Notes: generated by a model from the letters alone, not told the origin. 64,000 nucleotides of DNA from an uncultured Hormoscilla sp. (GCA_963921275.4 OZ001293.3:5728001-5792000), one strand, 5' to 3'; positions 44,089 to 59,512 are shown, counted from the stretch's first letter. Program-made: numbers and translations.

Positions 44089-45945
44089 ATGCTCTTATTC
44101 CGCAATGTAAATTTAGTTTGGGCTTCAATTTTAGCAGAAACATTAAAGCGACTGGGATTGAAAACGGCGATCGCCTGTCCGGGTTCGCGCTCAACCCCCC
44201 TGACGGTAGCTTTTGCCCAAAACCCCCAAATCGAAGCTATTCCAGTGTTGGACGAACGTTCAGCGGCCTTTTTTGCCCTAGGAATTGCCAAGGGAACGGG
44301 ATTGCCAGTAGCATTGGTTTGTACTTCGGGAACGGCGGGTGCGAACTTTTATCCAGCAGCGATCGAGGCACGAGAAAGTCGAGTACCTCTATTGATTTTA
44401 ACAGCTGATCGCCCTCCGGAACTGCGGAACTGCCATGCCGGACAGGCGATCGACCAAGTAAAATTATATGGCAATTACCCGAACTGGCAAGCCGAGTTAG
44501 CATTGCCATCATTAGAAATGGAAATGTTAGCATATCTGCGACAAACAGTAATTCATGCCTGGGAATGTACCCTGTTTCCTACCCCTGGGGTAGTCCATCT
44601 GAATGTACCATTTCGCGACCCCCTCGCCCCCATCCCACAACCAGAAGCAGAAGCATTAAAATCCGAGTTTTCCGAAGTTGATTTCTTCACAGGAATAGCC
44701 AACATCGATCCAACTCTTTTGCCCGCGCAGGCGGGCTTTGTTCCTGTAGCCCCACCCTTGAGGGTGGGGGTGGCTGCGTGCACAGGGCTACGCCTACGCG
44801 ATCGGGGCATAATTATTGCTGGGGTAGCGCAACCGAGGTGGGCGAAAGAGTATGTTTTGGCGATCGCCCATCTTTCGGAAGCATTAAAGTTCCCGGTATT
44901 AGCAGAAGGACTCTCACCTGTGAGGAACTACGCCCATCTGAATCCTAATATAATTTCCACCTACGACATCATTCTGAGAAATGAACAGTTAGCAGAAAAA
45001 CTCGCCCCAGAAATTGTCATCCAGATTGGAAATTTTCCCACCAGCAAGCAACTCCGGGCCTGGTTAACAGGGAAAAAGCCGCCAACTTGGGTCATAGACC
45101 CCAGTCATCACAACCTGGACCCCATTCATGGTCAAGCAATTCACCTGCGCACATCCATAGAAAATCTTTGTGCTACAATTGAGTCAGGTCAGATGGAGAC
45201 TTCCCCTTACCTGGAAGAATGGTCTGATGCGGAAAAGAAGGTGAGAGAGTCCTTAGACCCAACCCTGGCAGAGATAGATTATTTATTTGAAGGCAAAGCA
45301 GCATGGTTACTATCCCAGACCTTGCCCCCAGGAACGCCGATATTTATTGCCAACAGCATGCCAGTCAGGGATGTCGAATATTTCTGGAAACCAAACAACC
45401 TGGAAATCCAACCCTTCTTCAACCGGGGTGCCAATGGCATTGACGGCAGCTTATCTACCGCTTTGGGGATTGCCCATTCGATGTCTCCTGGAAGCGCTAC
45501 ATGCGCTGCGCGCACCGGGCTACGCCTGCGCGATCGCACTACCCAGGAGACATCTCGGCATCAACCCTGTGTTATGCTAACGGGAGACTTGGCCTTATTG
45601 CACGATAGCAATGGTTTTTTGCTCTCGAATAAACTTGTGGGACATTTGACCATAATCTTGATTAATAATCGAGGAGGTGGTATATTTGAGATGCTGCCCA
45701 TCTCCCAATTCGATCCGCCCTTTGAAGAGTTCTTTGCTACGCCCCAGGAGATTGACTTTGCCCAGCTATGTCCTGCTTATAATGTAGAATATGAATTGAT
45801 TGCAGGGTGGGAACAGCTGCAGGAAAGGTTAAATCCATTACCGGAAACAGGGAGGCGGGTGTTAGAGTTGCGGACTTCTAGAAAGGCAGATGCTAAGTGG
45901 CGTAAGGAGAATTTGGAGAAGTTGGCAGCGATGTCTCCGGAGTAG
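44089..45945 (+). CDS. menD: SEPHCHC synthase
   Basis: PGSRSTPL, DERSAAFFALG, TSGTA, NRGANGIDG and GDLALLHD motifs; two in-frame inserts. Confidence 0.95.
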   Translation: MLLFRNVNLVWASILAETLKRLGLKTAIACPGSRSTPLTVAFAQNPQIEAIPVLDERSAAFFALGIAKGTGLPVALVCTSGTAGANFYPAAIEARESRVPLLILTADRPPELRNCHAGQAIDQVKLYGNYPNWQAELALPSLEMEMLAYLRQTVIHAWECTLFPTPGVVHLNVPFRDPLAPIPQPEAEALKSEFSEVDFFTGIANIDPTLLPAQAGFVPVAPPLRVGVAACTGLRLRDRGIIIAGVAQPRWAKEYVLAIAHLSEALKFPVLAEGLSPVRNYAHLNPNIISTYDIILRNEQLAEKLAPEIVIQIGNFPTSKQLRAWLTGKKPPTWVIDPSHHNLDPIHGQAIHLRTSIENLCATIESGQMETSPYLEEWSDAEKKVRESLDPTLAEIDYLFEGKAAWLLSQTLPPGTPIFIANSMPVRDVEYFWKPNNLEIQPFFNRGANGIDGSLSTALGIAHSMSPGSATCAARTGLRLRDRTTQETSRHQPCVMLTGDLALLHDSNGFLLSNKLVGHLTIILINNRGGGIFEMLPISQFDPPFEEFFATPQEIDFAQLCPAYNVEYELIAGWEQLQERLNPLPETGRRVLELRTSRKADAKWRKENLEKLAAMSPE

Positions 45946-46097
45946 TGCGATGCATGTAGTCCTCTCCGGAGATATCGAAAAAGATAGGGTGAACGCAAGG
46001 GAAGTAGAAATTAATTATGGGTATTCTATATCTCGTAGAGCAAATATTGAGTGCGCTCCGATAGCGCTGCCAAACCCGACTTGATGAGAGGGCATTA

Positions 46098-46934
46098 GTG
46101 CGATTCGTTCTAGTCTAACGTGTTCAAACGCGGAACGCTAGCCTAAGAAACTAGTAACTCTGGTATTCATGGGGTTAAATTCCGCCTCCCCAAGTACGGA
46201 GGTAACTCCGGTTGGAGGTGCTGCGAAATAACATCATCGTGGTGCTAAGCGAGAACTTAAATGTAGGATAGCTGGCAGTCTAAGCTGGTGACTCCGCGCT
46301 CGATGATGTCCAAGGTTAGAACAAGCAAACCTATAGAAGCCTCATTACCTCAAACCGGCGAAATAAGGCTTTATGCGCCGGGGACAAAAGTCAGCGTAGT
46401 TAGTGTTAGTCTTTGTTGTTGGCTAACATCGTACTCAAAGAACTACCGGGGTAGAGTAGGGACCTAAAGGCATCGCGCTCCGGAGACCAGGGAACGAAGT
46501 AACCCCTCGTGAGCTGTCCGTGAGGACCAGTCAGATGTGAAGCGTAAGCCACGAGTGGGAGCCCAAGCCTGCCCCCAAGAAGCAAATGCCTGGGGTAATG
46601 CTTAGGATACGCCGACGTGCGGTGAGGGTGGGTGATAGTAGGAAGTCTCAGGTGAAAGTAACTCTAGATACGTTATAAGCCCGTCACTTCGGTGATTGAG
46701 GAATAGATTACTGGTAAAACGGACGCGATAATAGGTGATACTAAAGGTTTTCCGGCAGCGCCACTCACCAACCAGGAAAGGAGCGAAATTGCATGAGATA
46801 AGGGACAAAGGGAGTAATCCAAAAGTTACCTACCAATGACTTGGGCCTACTACCCAGTAGCCGGATGCGGTGAAAGTCGCTCTTTAGGTTCCGAACGGGA
46901 GGGTTCCGAAGCGATTCCCAGCTCGACCCCTAAT
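46098..46934 (+). mobile_element. ORF-less group II intron, third variant, degenerate domains V/VI
   Basis: GTGCGATTCGTTC start, homologous domain I, CGACCCCTAAT end; domain V 3' strand reads GCTCTTTAGGTT rather than GCAAGTCCGGTT. Confidence 0.85.
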
Positions 46935-47345
46935 CCGATTCCAGATACCATCACCTCGGGCACCGATCTAAACAATGACGACCTGTTCGGCAACCAAATC
47001 ACCGGCACGATCAACTTACCTCCTACCGACCTCAACCTCAGCAACAGCAGCATTGATGAAAACTTCCCAGAAAATAGCCTCGTGGGGACTTTCTCCACTA
47101 CCGACCCCAACTCGGGAGATAGCTTTACCTACCAGCTAGTCTCCGGCGTTGGTGACGATGATAACGCCGCCTTCACCATAGCAGGGGACCAACTGCTAAT
47201 TAACAGTTATAAGGACTTTGAGACAAAATCGAGTTACAGCATCCTCCTCCAGACTACCGACGCTGCTGGGGCCAGTCACTCGGAGGCCTTGACTATTAAT
47301 GTCAACGATGTTCCCCCCTCTCTTACCGACCTCAACCTCAGCAAA
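46935..47345 (+). pseudogene. Fragment of an adhesin paralog (linker plus cadherin repeat)
   Basis: DDLFGN matches EDLFGN at ~13670; followed by one cadherin unit. Confidence 0.8.
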
Positions 47346-47674
47346 GCCACATCGAAAAAATCTTTGGCAATGTCTATACCGAGGGCTGGTAGATTCATAT
47401 GGCCTCTTTTCCTTGACTGGTGATGTTTCCTGAGTTCACTGGTGATGTTAGCAGTTGCGACCGGTGCAGGGTAGAAATGTTTTTCTAGCAACCACCCTTG
47501 TGAATACGAGTTCATCTGTGTTACAGAGACTCCAGATCCCATCCGGTTGTCTAGTAAAAACACGAACGCCGTCGGTGTCTAGATCTGCGCGACAGGTTCA
47601 ATTGACCTCTGGCGGGCTATGGACTTGCCGATAGCTTTCTACCCTGATGTCCCTTCTCTATTCCAACATACAAG
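47340..47674 (-). mobile_element. IS110-family left end with truncated recombinase (ATG at 47398)
   Basis: MNLPALGIDIAKDFFDVALL is an IS110 DEDD N-terminus; the element begins CT-TGTAT inside a REP-like repeat. Confidence 0.8.
47467..47646 (-). ncRNA. Putative IS110 bridge RNA
   Basis: IS621-like scaffold segments (from memory) with guides matching the element end and a host REP; bounded by an 11-bp inverted repeat CAGGGTAGAAA. Confidence 0.72.
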
Positions 47675-47747
47675 GCAAGCTTTGTTCGTGTAGCCTCAGG
47701 CTAAAGCCTGGAGGTGAGGGTGACTGAATGCTGAACGCTAAAGGAAA

Positions 47748-48623
47748 TTATCCCTTAGCTCTTACCAGTGGTAACCCTAAAGTTTCCCGCTGCTCCAGGT
47801 ACAGTTGAGCAACCCGTCGGGCCAAATTGCGAATTCGGCCAATGTAACGAGTCCGTTCTGTCACCGAAATCACCCCTCGCGCATCCAACAAATTAAAGCT
47901 GTGGGAACACTTCAATACATAGTCAAGACTCGGCAACACCAGGCCTCGCTGAGTCAGTTGCTCCGCCTCCTGCTCGTATAGGCCAAACAGAGTAAACAGT
48001 AGATCGGGATTAGATGCCTCAAAGTTATAGGTACTTTGCTCCACCTCTCCCTGGAGGTGAACGTCTCCATAGGTAACGCTGTCAGTCCAGCGAATCTTGG
48101 TGAACGCATCTGTTTCCTGAAGATACATTGTCAGTCGCTCCAGGCCATAGGTGAGTTCAATTGAAACTGGACGACAATCAATCCCGCCGCACTGCTGGAA
48201 GTAGGTAAGTTGGGTAATTTCCATCCCATCAAGCCAGACTTCCCAGCCCACGCCCCAGGCCCCCAAGGTCGGAGACTCCCAGTTATCCTCCACAAACCGG
48301 ATATCATGCTCGGACGGACGCACTCCTAAAGCCCGCAATGATTCCAGATACATCTCTTGGATATTATCTGGTGAAGGCTTAATCAGCACCTGGTACTGGT
48401 AGTAATGTTGATGGCGATTGGGATTTTCCCCGTAACGTCCATCCGTAGGCCGGCGGCAGGGCTCGACATAGGCCACTGACCACGGTTCAGGCCCGATCGC
48501 TCGCAAGAAAGTATGGGGACTCATGGTGCCAGCACCCTTTTCCGTATCGTAGGGCTGGGCGATCAGGCAGCCCCGATCGGCCCAGAACCGGTGCAACGTA
48601 GCAATCACAGACTGAAAATTCAC
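47748..48623 (-). CDS. glyQ: Glycine-tRNA ligase alpha subunit
   Basis: [31 protein letters not shown] and TYGLERL motifs. Confidence 0.97.
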   Translation of the reverse strand: MNFQSVIATLHRFWADRGCLIAQPYDTEKGAGTMSPHTFLRAIGPEPWSVAYVEPCRRPTDGRYGENPNRHQHYYQYQVLIKPSPDNIQEMYLESLRALGVRPSEHDIRFVEDNWESPTLGAWGVGWEVWLDGMEITQLTYFQQCGGIDCRPVSIELTYGLERLTMYLQETDAFTKIRWTDSVTYGDVHLQGEVEQSTYNFEASNPDLLFTLFGLYEQEAEQLTQRGLVLPSLDYVLKCSHSFNLLDARGVISVTERTRYIGRIRNLARRVAQLYLEQRETLGLPLVRAKG

Positions 48624-48738
48624 AGAGATTTAGCCTCCACGAAAAAAAAAATTTATTTTTTTTGAGCCCCAAACCTGCTCTGTGACTAGGTTTCAGAGTA
48701 TAGATCAAAAAAAGTTCCCAAAAAACCTTAAAAAAGGG

Positions 48739-48767
48739 TTGACACTTGGGAATCTAGTTGTTAGATT
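48739..48767 (+). promoter_or_regulatory. rRNA operon sigma70 promoter
   Basis: TTGACA-17 bp-TAGATT upstream of 16S. Confidence 0.7.
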
Positions 48768-48942
48768 GGAAAAGTGCCCAAAAGAGAGGTCGCCAACAAG
48801 CGGCGCTCCCAAGGCACACCGAACCTAGAAAAGAAAATAGTTTGAAAGCTAAGAAGCTTAAGTACCTCGTCAAAGAAAATTAAGTTTCAGGGGAAACCTA
48901 GGAACTATAGTAAGTCAAAGAGCCGCAAATGGCTTCGGAATT

Positions 48943-50430
<1,488 letters not shown>

Positions 50431-50553
50431 TGAGGGAGACCAACTTGCATCACACCTGTAGCAACAGTAGAATAGGGTGAGGAGGCAAGCAATCCCAGGT
50501 CGGTCGAGGTCAAAAACAGCATTAGCTTTCAAACTAGGTCAGGTTCGGTTCGG

Positions 50554-50627
50554 GGGCTATTAGCTCAGGTGGTCAGAGCGCACCCCTGATAAGGGTGAGG
50601 TCCCTGGTTCAAGTCCAGGATGGCCCA
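50554..50627 (+). tRNA. tRNA-Ile(GAT)
   Basis: Cloverleaf GGGCTAT...TGGCCCA with anticodon loop CTGATAA. Confidence 0.96.
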
Positions 50628-50682
50628 GCTGAAAAAGGCAAAAGGCAAAATTCAAAATTGGCAAATTTTGAATTGAAGAAGT

Positions 50683-50755
50683 GGGGGTATAGCTCAGTTG
50701 GTAGAGCGCTGCTTTTGCAAGGCAGAAGCCAGCGGTTCCAGTCCGCTTACCTCCA
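50683..50755 (+). tRNA. tRNA-Ala(TGC)
   Basis: Cloverleaf GGGGGTA...TACCTCCA with anticodon loop TTTGCAA. Confidence 0.95.
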
Positions 50756-50915
50756 CTAACATAGGACAGGGGATCCGCTCGTCCTCAGCAAAAGAATTCA
50801 GCAACTCATATGCGCGTGCTCGCAAGTGAGCCTGCTGGATGTACAATCCAGTACAGAACCTTGAAAACTGCATAGCAACAAGCCAGGTAGAGAAATCTAT
50901 CACAGACATAAGCGA

Positions 50916-53800
<2,885 letters not shown>

Positions 53801-53867
53801 GGTAAAAATGTCAGATGTGGGTTGTTGCTATGCAGTCTTGAGGGTTCCGACAGACCCAAAAAAGCAT

Positions 53868-53984
53868 TCCTGGTGCTATGGCGCGGTGGAACCACGCCGA
53901 ACCATCCCGAACTCGGAGGTGAAACATCGCAGCGGCGACGATACTCTCGGGGTGACCCGACGGGAAAATAGCTTGGTGCCAGGA
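53868..53984 (+). rRNA. rrf: 5S rRNA
   Basis: TCCTGGTG...CCGAAC...GCCAGGA. Confidence 0.95.
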
Positions 53985-54051
53985 TAATTATTTCCAAAAG
54001 CCCTGCCGAGTATAGCCCGACGGCGTCTGGGAAGGCCGGGGGGATAATTTA

Positions 54052-54924
54052 GGGCGTGTCATCAATTAAGCCATATTACAGCTGCCGCGAGGTAGATGGC
54101 ACCCAAGAAATTGCGAGCGGTTTTATCGTAGCGTGTCGCCAGAGCCCTGTATTGCTTGAGTTTTTGGAATAGATTTTCAATTAGATGCCGCCACTTGTAC
54201 ATTTCTTCATCGTATTCTCTGTGTTCTGTGCGGTTACTTTTTGGAGGAATGACAGCCATCCAATCCGCCTCTTTCAGGCGCTCGAGCACACGTTGTTCCG
54301 CATCATAGGCTTTATCTGCAAGCAGCGCGCCAATCTCACCGATTTTATCCAATAGCACGTCAGCGCCTTTCCCGTCGTGGGCTTGGCCAGGGGTAAGATG
54401 AAATCCTGTGGGATTGCCTTGGGCAATCGCAAGTGGCATGAATCTTTGTCGATAGTCCCCCTTTACTACGGCCTATGGCTTGGGTTTCGCACGTATCTGA
54501 GGGTGTTTTTTTTTGCACCCGCACGCTCGTTGATGGGCACGCAGGATGGTGGCATCAATCGCGGCGTATTCGTTATCGGCGTCTGAGGCCAAGACATCGA
54601 ATACCTGCTTTCAAACTCCCTTTTCAGACCAACGGGTATGGCGGGTATGAACAACCCGAAAATCCCCAAAACACTCCGGTAAATCCCGCCAGGGAATGCC
54701 AGCACGATATCGATATAACACGGCAGAACACGAATAATCTATTGTTCTTGGCTGTAGCGCCTGGGTCACCCTCTTTACCAGGTAAAAGGTGTTCGATCCG
54801 TTCCCACTGGTCGTCTCGCAAGCCATAGCGTCTCATATCATGCCCTCTTGATTGTTATTGCTGGATAAGGACTCCATACCGTATCCATCTATTTCTGTCA
54901 AGCAATTTGATTGATGACACACCC
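54052..54924 (-). mobile_element. IS5-family element, defective, copy 2
   Basis: Near-identical to 14731-15602; TA duplication. Confidence 0.9.
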
Positions 54925-55039
54925 TAGGCACAAGGCTCTCTCAATTATCCCTATCCCCCCAAGTGTCACTTGACATGGGTGATATGATATATTATCACGG
55001 TCCGGGGTGCTGGCAAAGGGCAGACTGTTGAGGGAAGGC

Positions 55040-55199
55040 TGATTTCCTGGCAATTGTTCAACATTTCCGAAAATATCTACCTCGTGGCAGTAGTATATAA
55101 ATAAGCTATTCACTAGCTGCTGATTTCCTGGCAATTGTTCAACATTTCCGAAAATATCTACCTCGTGGCAGTAGTATATAAATAAGCTATTCACTAGCT
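55040..55199. repeat. 81-bp direct tandem duplication
   Basis: TGATTTCCTGGCAATTG...TTCACTAGCT occurs twice. Confidence 0.85.
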
Positions 55200-56129
55200 A
55201 TGGTAGTGGGTCACAAGTAGTGATTTTAGCGCCATCAAAAAAGCGCAGTTCCTGACCCTTCAGATTATCGCAAATTGGCCTCATGATAGTCTCTAATGTT
55301 ATAGAAGTTCTTAACTATAGAGCGCAATATCAGTCTGATAAGGAAGCCTATATCTTTCTCCAAAACGGTGAAACATGCTCAGGGAGTCTTACCTACGGGG
55401 AATTAGACAGACAAGCAAGGGAGATCGCCTCTCATCTCCAATCTTACGAAGGAGAACGGGCTTTAACGTTATATCCTTCGGGATTAGAGTTTATTACGGC
55501 GTTTTTTGGTTGTTTGTATGCTGGGGTGGTGGCGGTTCCAGTTTATCCTCCCAGAGGCAATCAGAAGTTGTATCGGTTGCTTTCTATAGTTAATGATGCT
55601 CAAGCTAAGGTAGCGCTGACAACCACATCAATATTGGGAGACATTGAGAAAAGATGGGAAGAGGAAGCAGAGTTAGCCCAGTTGCAGCTGGTAGCTACAG
55701 ATGCCATTGAAGCTAATGGTCAAGAGTTTGTGCCTAAATCAGTAACACCGGATAGTTTGGCATTTTTGCAGTATACTTTCGGTTCTACGGGAACACCCAA
55801 AGGGCTGATGGTGACTCATGGAAACCTGATGCACAATTCGGAGTGCATTAAGCAAGCATTTGAACTCACATCAGAAAGTATATCTGTGACTTGGTTGCCC
55901 AATTTCTATGATATGGGACTAATTGATGGAGTACTTCAACCTTTGTATTGTATACGGGTTTTATTGGTTACTTAATGCCCCCTATAGCTTTCCTCCAGAA
56001 ACCGATTCGCTGGTTGCAAGCAATTTCCCGATACAAGGCAACTCACTGTGGATGTCCTAATTTCGCTTATGATCTGTTTGTGCTTAAAGTTACTCCCGAA
56101 CAACTGAAAACACTTGATCTTAGTAGTTA

Positions 56130-57141
56130 ACTCAAGTTGCGACCTATAAAAATTGGATACAAAAAGCTATGATAAAGAGAATTATTTTCAACTCTAATCC
56201 CTTAGATGTAACAGCATGAATTGACTTGGGAAACAAATTGGTGATTCGACTAAAACAGGTTTCAACTTGTTTTCTTGTTACTTTTTGTATATATTCAAAA
56301 CAAGAAAATTCTTTTCTTTTTGAGTTCTTTTTTCGCAAAGGTTTTAACATTATACTTGACGACTCTTTTAGTAAATCCTCTAATTGATAATCATTATAAG
56401 CTTTATCTCCATAAACTATTGAATTTGATGGTAAGTCAAAGCCAAAAGATTGCAAAACTTTAACATCATTATAACTACCAGGATCTAGATAAAATTCTAT
56501 TGGCTTTCCATTTTTGTTTACCAACATATGAACTCTTAATCCATAAAAATAACGTTTTTTACTGGCAATATACCCTCGATATTCTTCCTTGTTATAAATT
56601 TGGCATCTATCAATCCTAATATTATCACATACTGGCACCGGGAAACTATCAAGAATATATTCTTGACCCGGATTGAGCTCTTTAAATGTTTGAGCTATAA
56701 CTTGGAAGAAAAACATCCAAATTGGTTCCTCAATATTGTGTAATCGACGATTGAACCTACTTTTACTTAACAGATTTTTTATATACTTGTGTTGGACCAT
56801 AAATTGACAAGAGCGATCGTGGTGTCCTCCGAAAAAATATGCAGCAACTAATCCGACTGTCATCACTTCGGCATTGTTCATTTTTACTTGTGGATCTTCT
56901 TTTATATTTAACGCTTTTAGTAGCTCGTCACAAAGAACAAAAATTGTTGTAATCATATCTTCCATCATCTACATCCCCCAGCAATTAACTATTATTTTAG
57001 TACATTATAACCTATAAACAGCCAACCCGCCATCTAGCACAAAAAAAATATAATTTTGTATCAAAAGCTACGAAATATCCCAAATATCTGTAAAGTCTAA
57101 GTGGGTAATTCATATTTTTTTTAATAGGTCGCAACTTAGGT
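56130..57141 (-). mobile_element. IS982-family element, copy 2 (transposase 56144-56968)
   Basis: Same TIRs as copy 1; 6-bp TSD TAGTTA. Confidence 0.92.
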
Positions 57142-57774
57142 TAGTTAGTATACAGTTTACAATGGGGCTGAGCCGGTTCGGAACGAAACTCGGAATCTTT
57201 TTGTTGAAAAATTTAAAGATTGCGGTTTCAAAAGCAATTTTTTCTATCCTTGTTACGGAATGGCAGAAGCTACTCTATTTATTTCTGGAGGTTTGAGAAA
57301 ATCTACTCCAATCTTTAAATGGGTACAAGCAGAAGCTTTAGAAGAAAACAAAATAGTAGATGGGACTCCATCTTCACAAGGAAGCAAAGCGTTAGTAGGA
57401 TGTGGTCACAGTTGGTTAGACTATAAAATTGTTATTGGTCATCCAGAGTCTTTTGAACTTTGTGGAGATGGACAAGTAGGAGAGATTTGGGTATCTAGCA
57501 CCAGTGTTACTAAGGGATATTGGAATCGTCCACAACAGACTCAAGAGATTTTTGAGGCATATTTGACAGATGGTTCTGGACCATTTTTACGCACAGGGGA
57601 CTTGGGATTTTTGCAAGATGGTGAGTTATTTGTGACTGGACGACTCAAGGATGTGATAATTATTCGGGGTCGCAATTATTATCCCCAAGATATTGAATTA
57701 ACTGTCGAAAACAGCCATCCTTCTCTAGGAAGCAATTGTAGTGCTGCATTTTCTGTAGAAATAGAAGGAGAGGA

Positions 57775-59512
57775 GGCTATCAACTTAAGCCGGGACAGTA
57801 AGTCGGGGTAAGGGATTGGGCGATTATGTTTTTGATGACTGTCGTGGCAGGGGGATCTCACTCATATGGTCTACAACCCACTCAAATAGATTCTCATGCA
57901 TAGTATCCAAAGAGTCGTTGCGCTGCTGTGGTACCATCCGCTCGCCTGATGTCAAAATTGTAAATGACAGTGAGTACCGCTAAGCTTTGAGCCGAAAAGC
58001 CGCGAGAGGAATGATGGAGACCAGACAAATAGCCATTGCGTCCTTCCACAGCTGATGAGGTACGTTGATATTTAAGAACTATCCAGTTTGCCCACTCCAC
58101 CCGGGACGTGCATCACAGGACAGTTCTTGAGTCAGAGGGTAGGCTTCCAAGGGATCTGAGGCCAGGGAGGCAGCCGCCTGATAGGCCAGTTTGAGCTTTT
58201 TTTGTTGATTTTTGCCTGCTTGTTGATGCCAAGAGGCCCAGGGTAACAACAGTTCCAGCACCCACTGTTGTAACTCAAGATCATCGGTTTTGGCCCTCAG
58301 GGGCTTTCCCCAGGGCCACCAAGCATGAATGCCTTCAACAAAGGAGGGAATGTGCCGTTCAAAGGTGTCAATAGCGGTTTGGGCCTTGTTTGTGCCCTAG
58401 TGCATCGCCTCTTAAGCGAGCTGTTCGAGGCAAGAACTCAGATAACTAGATAGTTCCTGCCCCAGTTGCCAACTTTCGGTGGTGAGGTTGAACGGATGAA
58501 TCCCCTGGGTGATGGCATGGAGGATCTGGTGATCGGTTATCTGACTAGACTCTAAGGCAAGCCGCTGCACAGTTAGCTGTTCTCCCAACTCTATGAGTTT
58601 GGTACCCTTGGTCTCACTGGTCGTCTTGGCCAATTGCTCGTTTCTGAAAAAAGTTTTTTCAGTTGGCTGTGCTGACGGCCAATTGCGCTACCCAGAGGTT
58701 AGCCTAAGTCGCGTAAGGCATGAAACAAGTCAGCCACCCAGCTACAGCCCAAAGCTTCTAGGGCCAGTTTAATCAGGATGAAAGCTCCATCACTGACCAT
58801 GAAGTGACAGTGCCATCCCCCTTGAGTCCAGCACGATTGTATTTGCTGTTGCCAGGTTTCCTAGGTGCGATTGTCACTTTCGACAAAGGGTGAAAATGTA
58901 GCCACGCTCTCAATTCCACCATCACCAAAATGGGTAAGCCTCCTAAGGTTTCATCTCCCCCCAGGCCGATTCCCTGCCCCTCAGAGGGTTGACACTTCTG
59001 GGCTTGGGCACAACTGTCACCGGAGAATTGCCTCTCCCATCTTTTACTGTAAGCTGCGCAAGGCAGTTGCCGAACAACATGGTGGTGCAACCCCATCGCC
59101 CGAAAGAATTCTGATAGACTCTCAGCTCCAATTCCCTGCTTGATGCCGAAATAATAGACAACCCCGTTCCACTAATAGCCTTAGCCAGGCGCTTCCCACC
59201 TCCGTCTCCCACCAGGAAGATTCACCGATGCTGCCCTCGACGGGCAATCCCTTGTTGATGGCCCCCGACGCTGCTAATGGAATTGACCGGTAGCTTCGGC
59301 AATCCCTAGTCAAGCTTTTGACACCCTCTTGGAGTCGGCATTTGGCTACTAATAAACAGCTTTCCGGTATAGTAAGACTCATGGTTCCTGATTTGAAGAT
59401 TTACTTCGGATACGATACCAATCCCTGTGACTTGTTGCAGGGATTTTTTTGAGAGAGGATTTTTTTATACATTTAATCTCCGGAGTTTTTGTCCCGCTTT
59501 ACGCTGATAGCC
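57775..59512 (-). mobile_element. Degenerate IS with DUF6399-like transposase remnants
   Basis: TIRs GGCTATCAACTTAAGCCGGGACA / TGTCCCGCTTTACGCTGATAGCC, 8-bp TSD GGAGAGGA, motif QRTSSAVEGRNGYLS. Confidence 0.8.
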
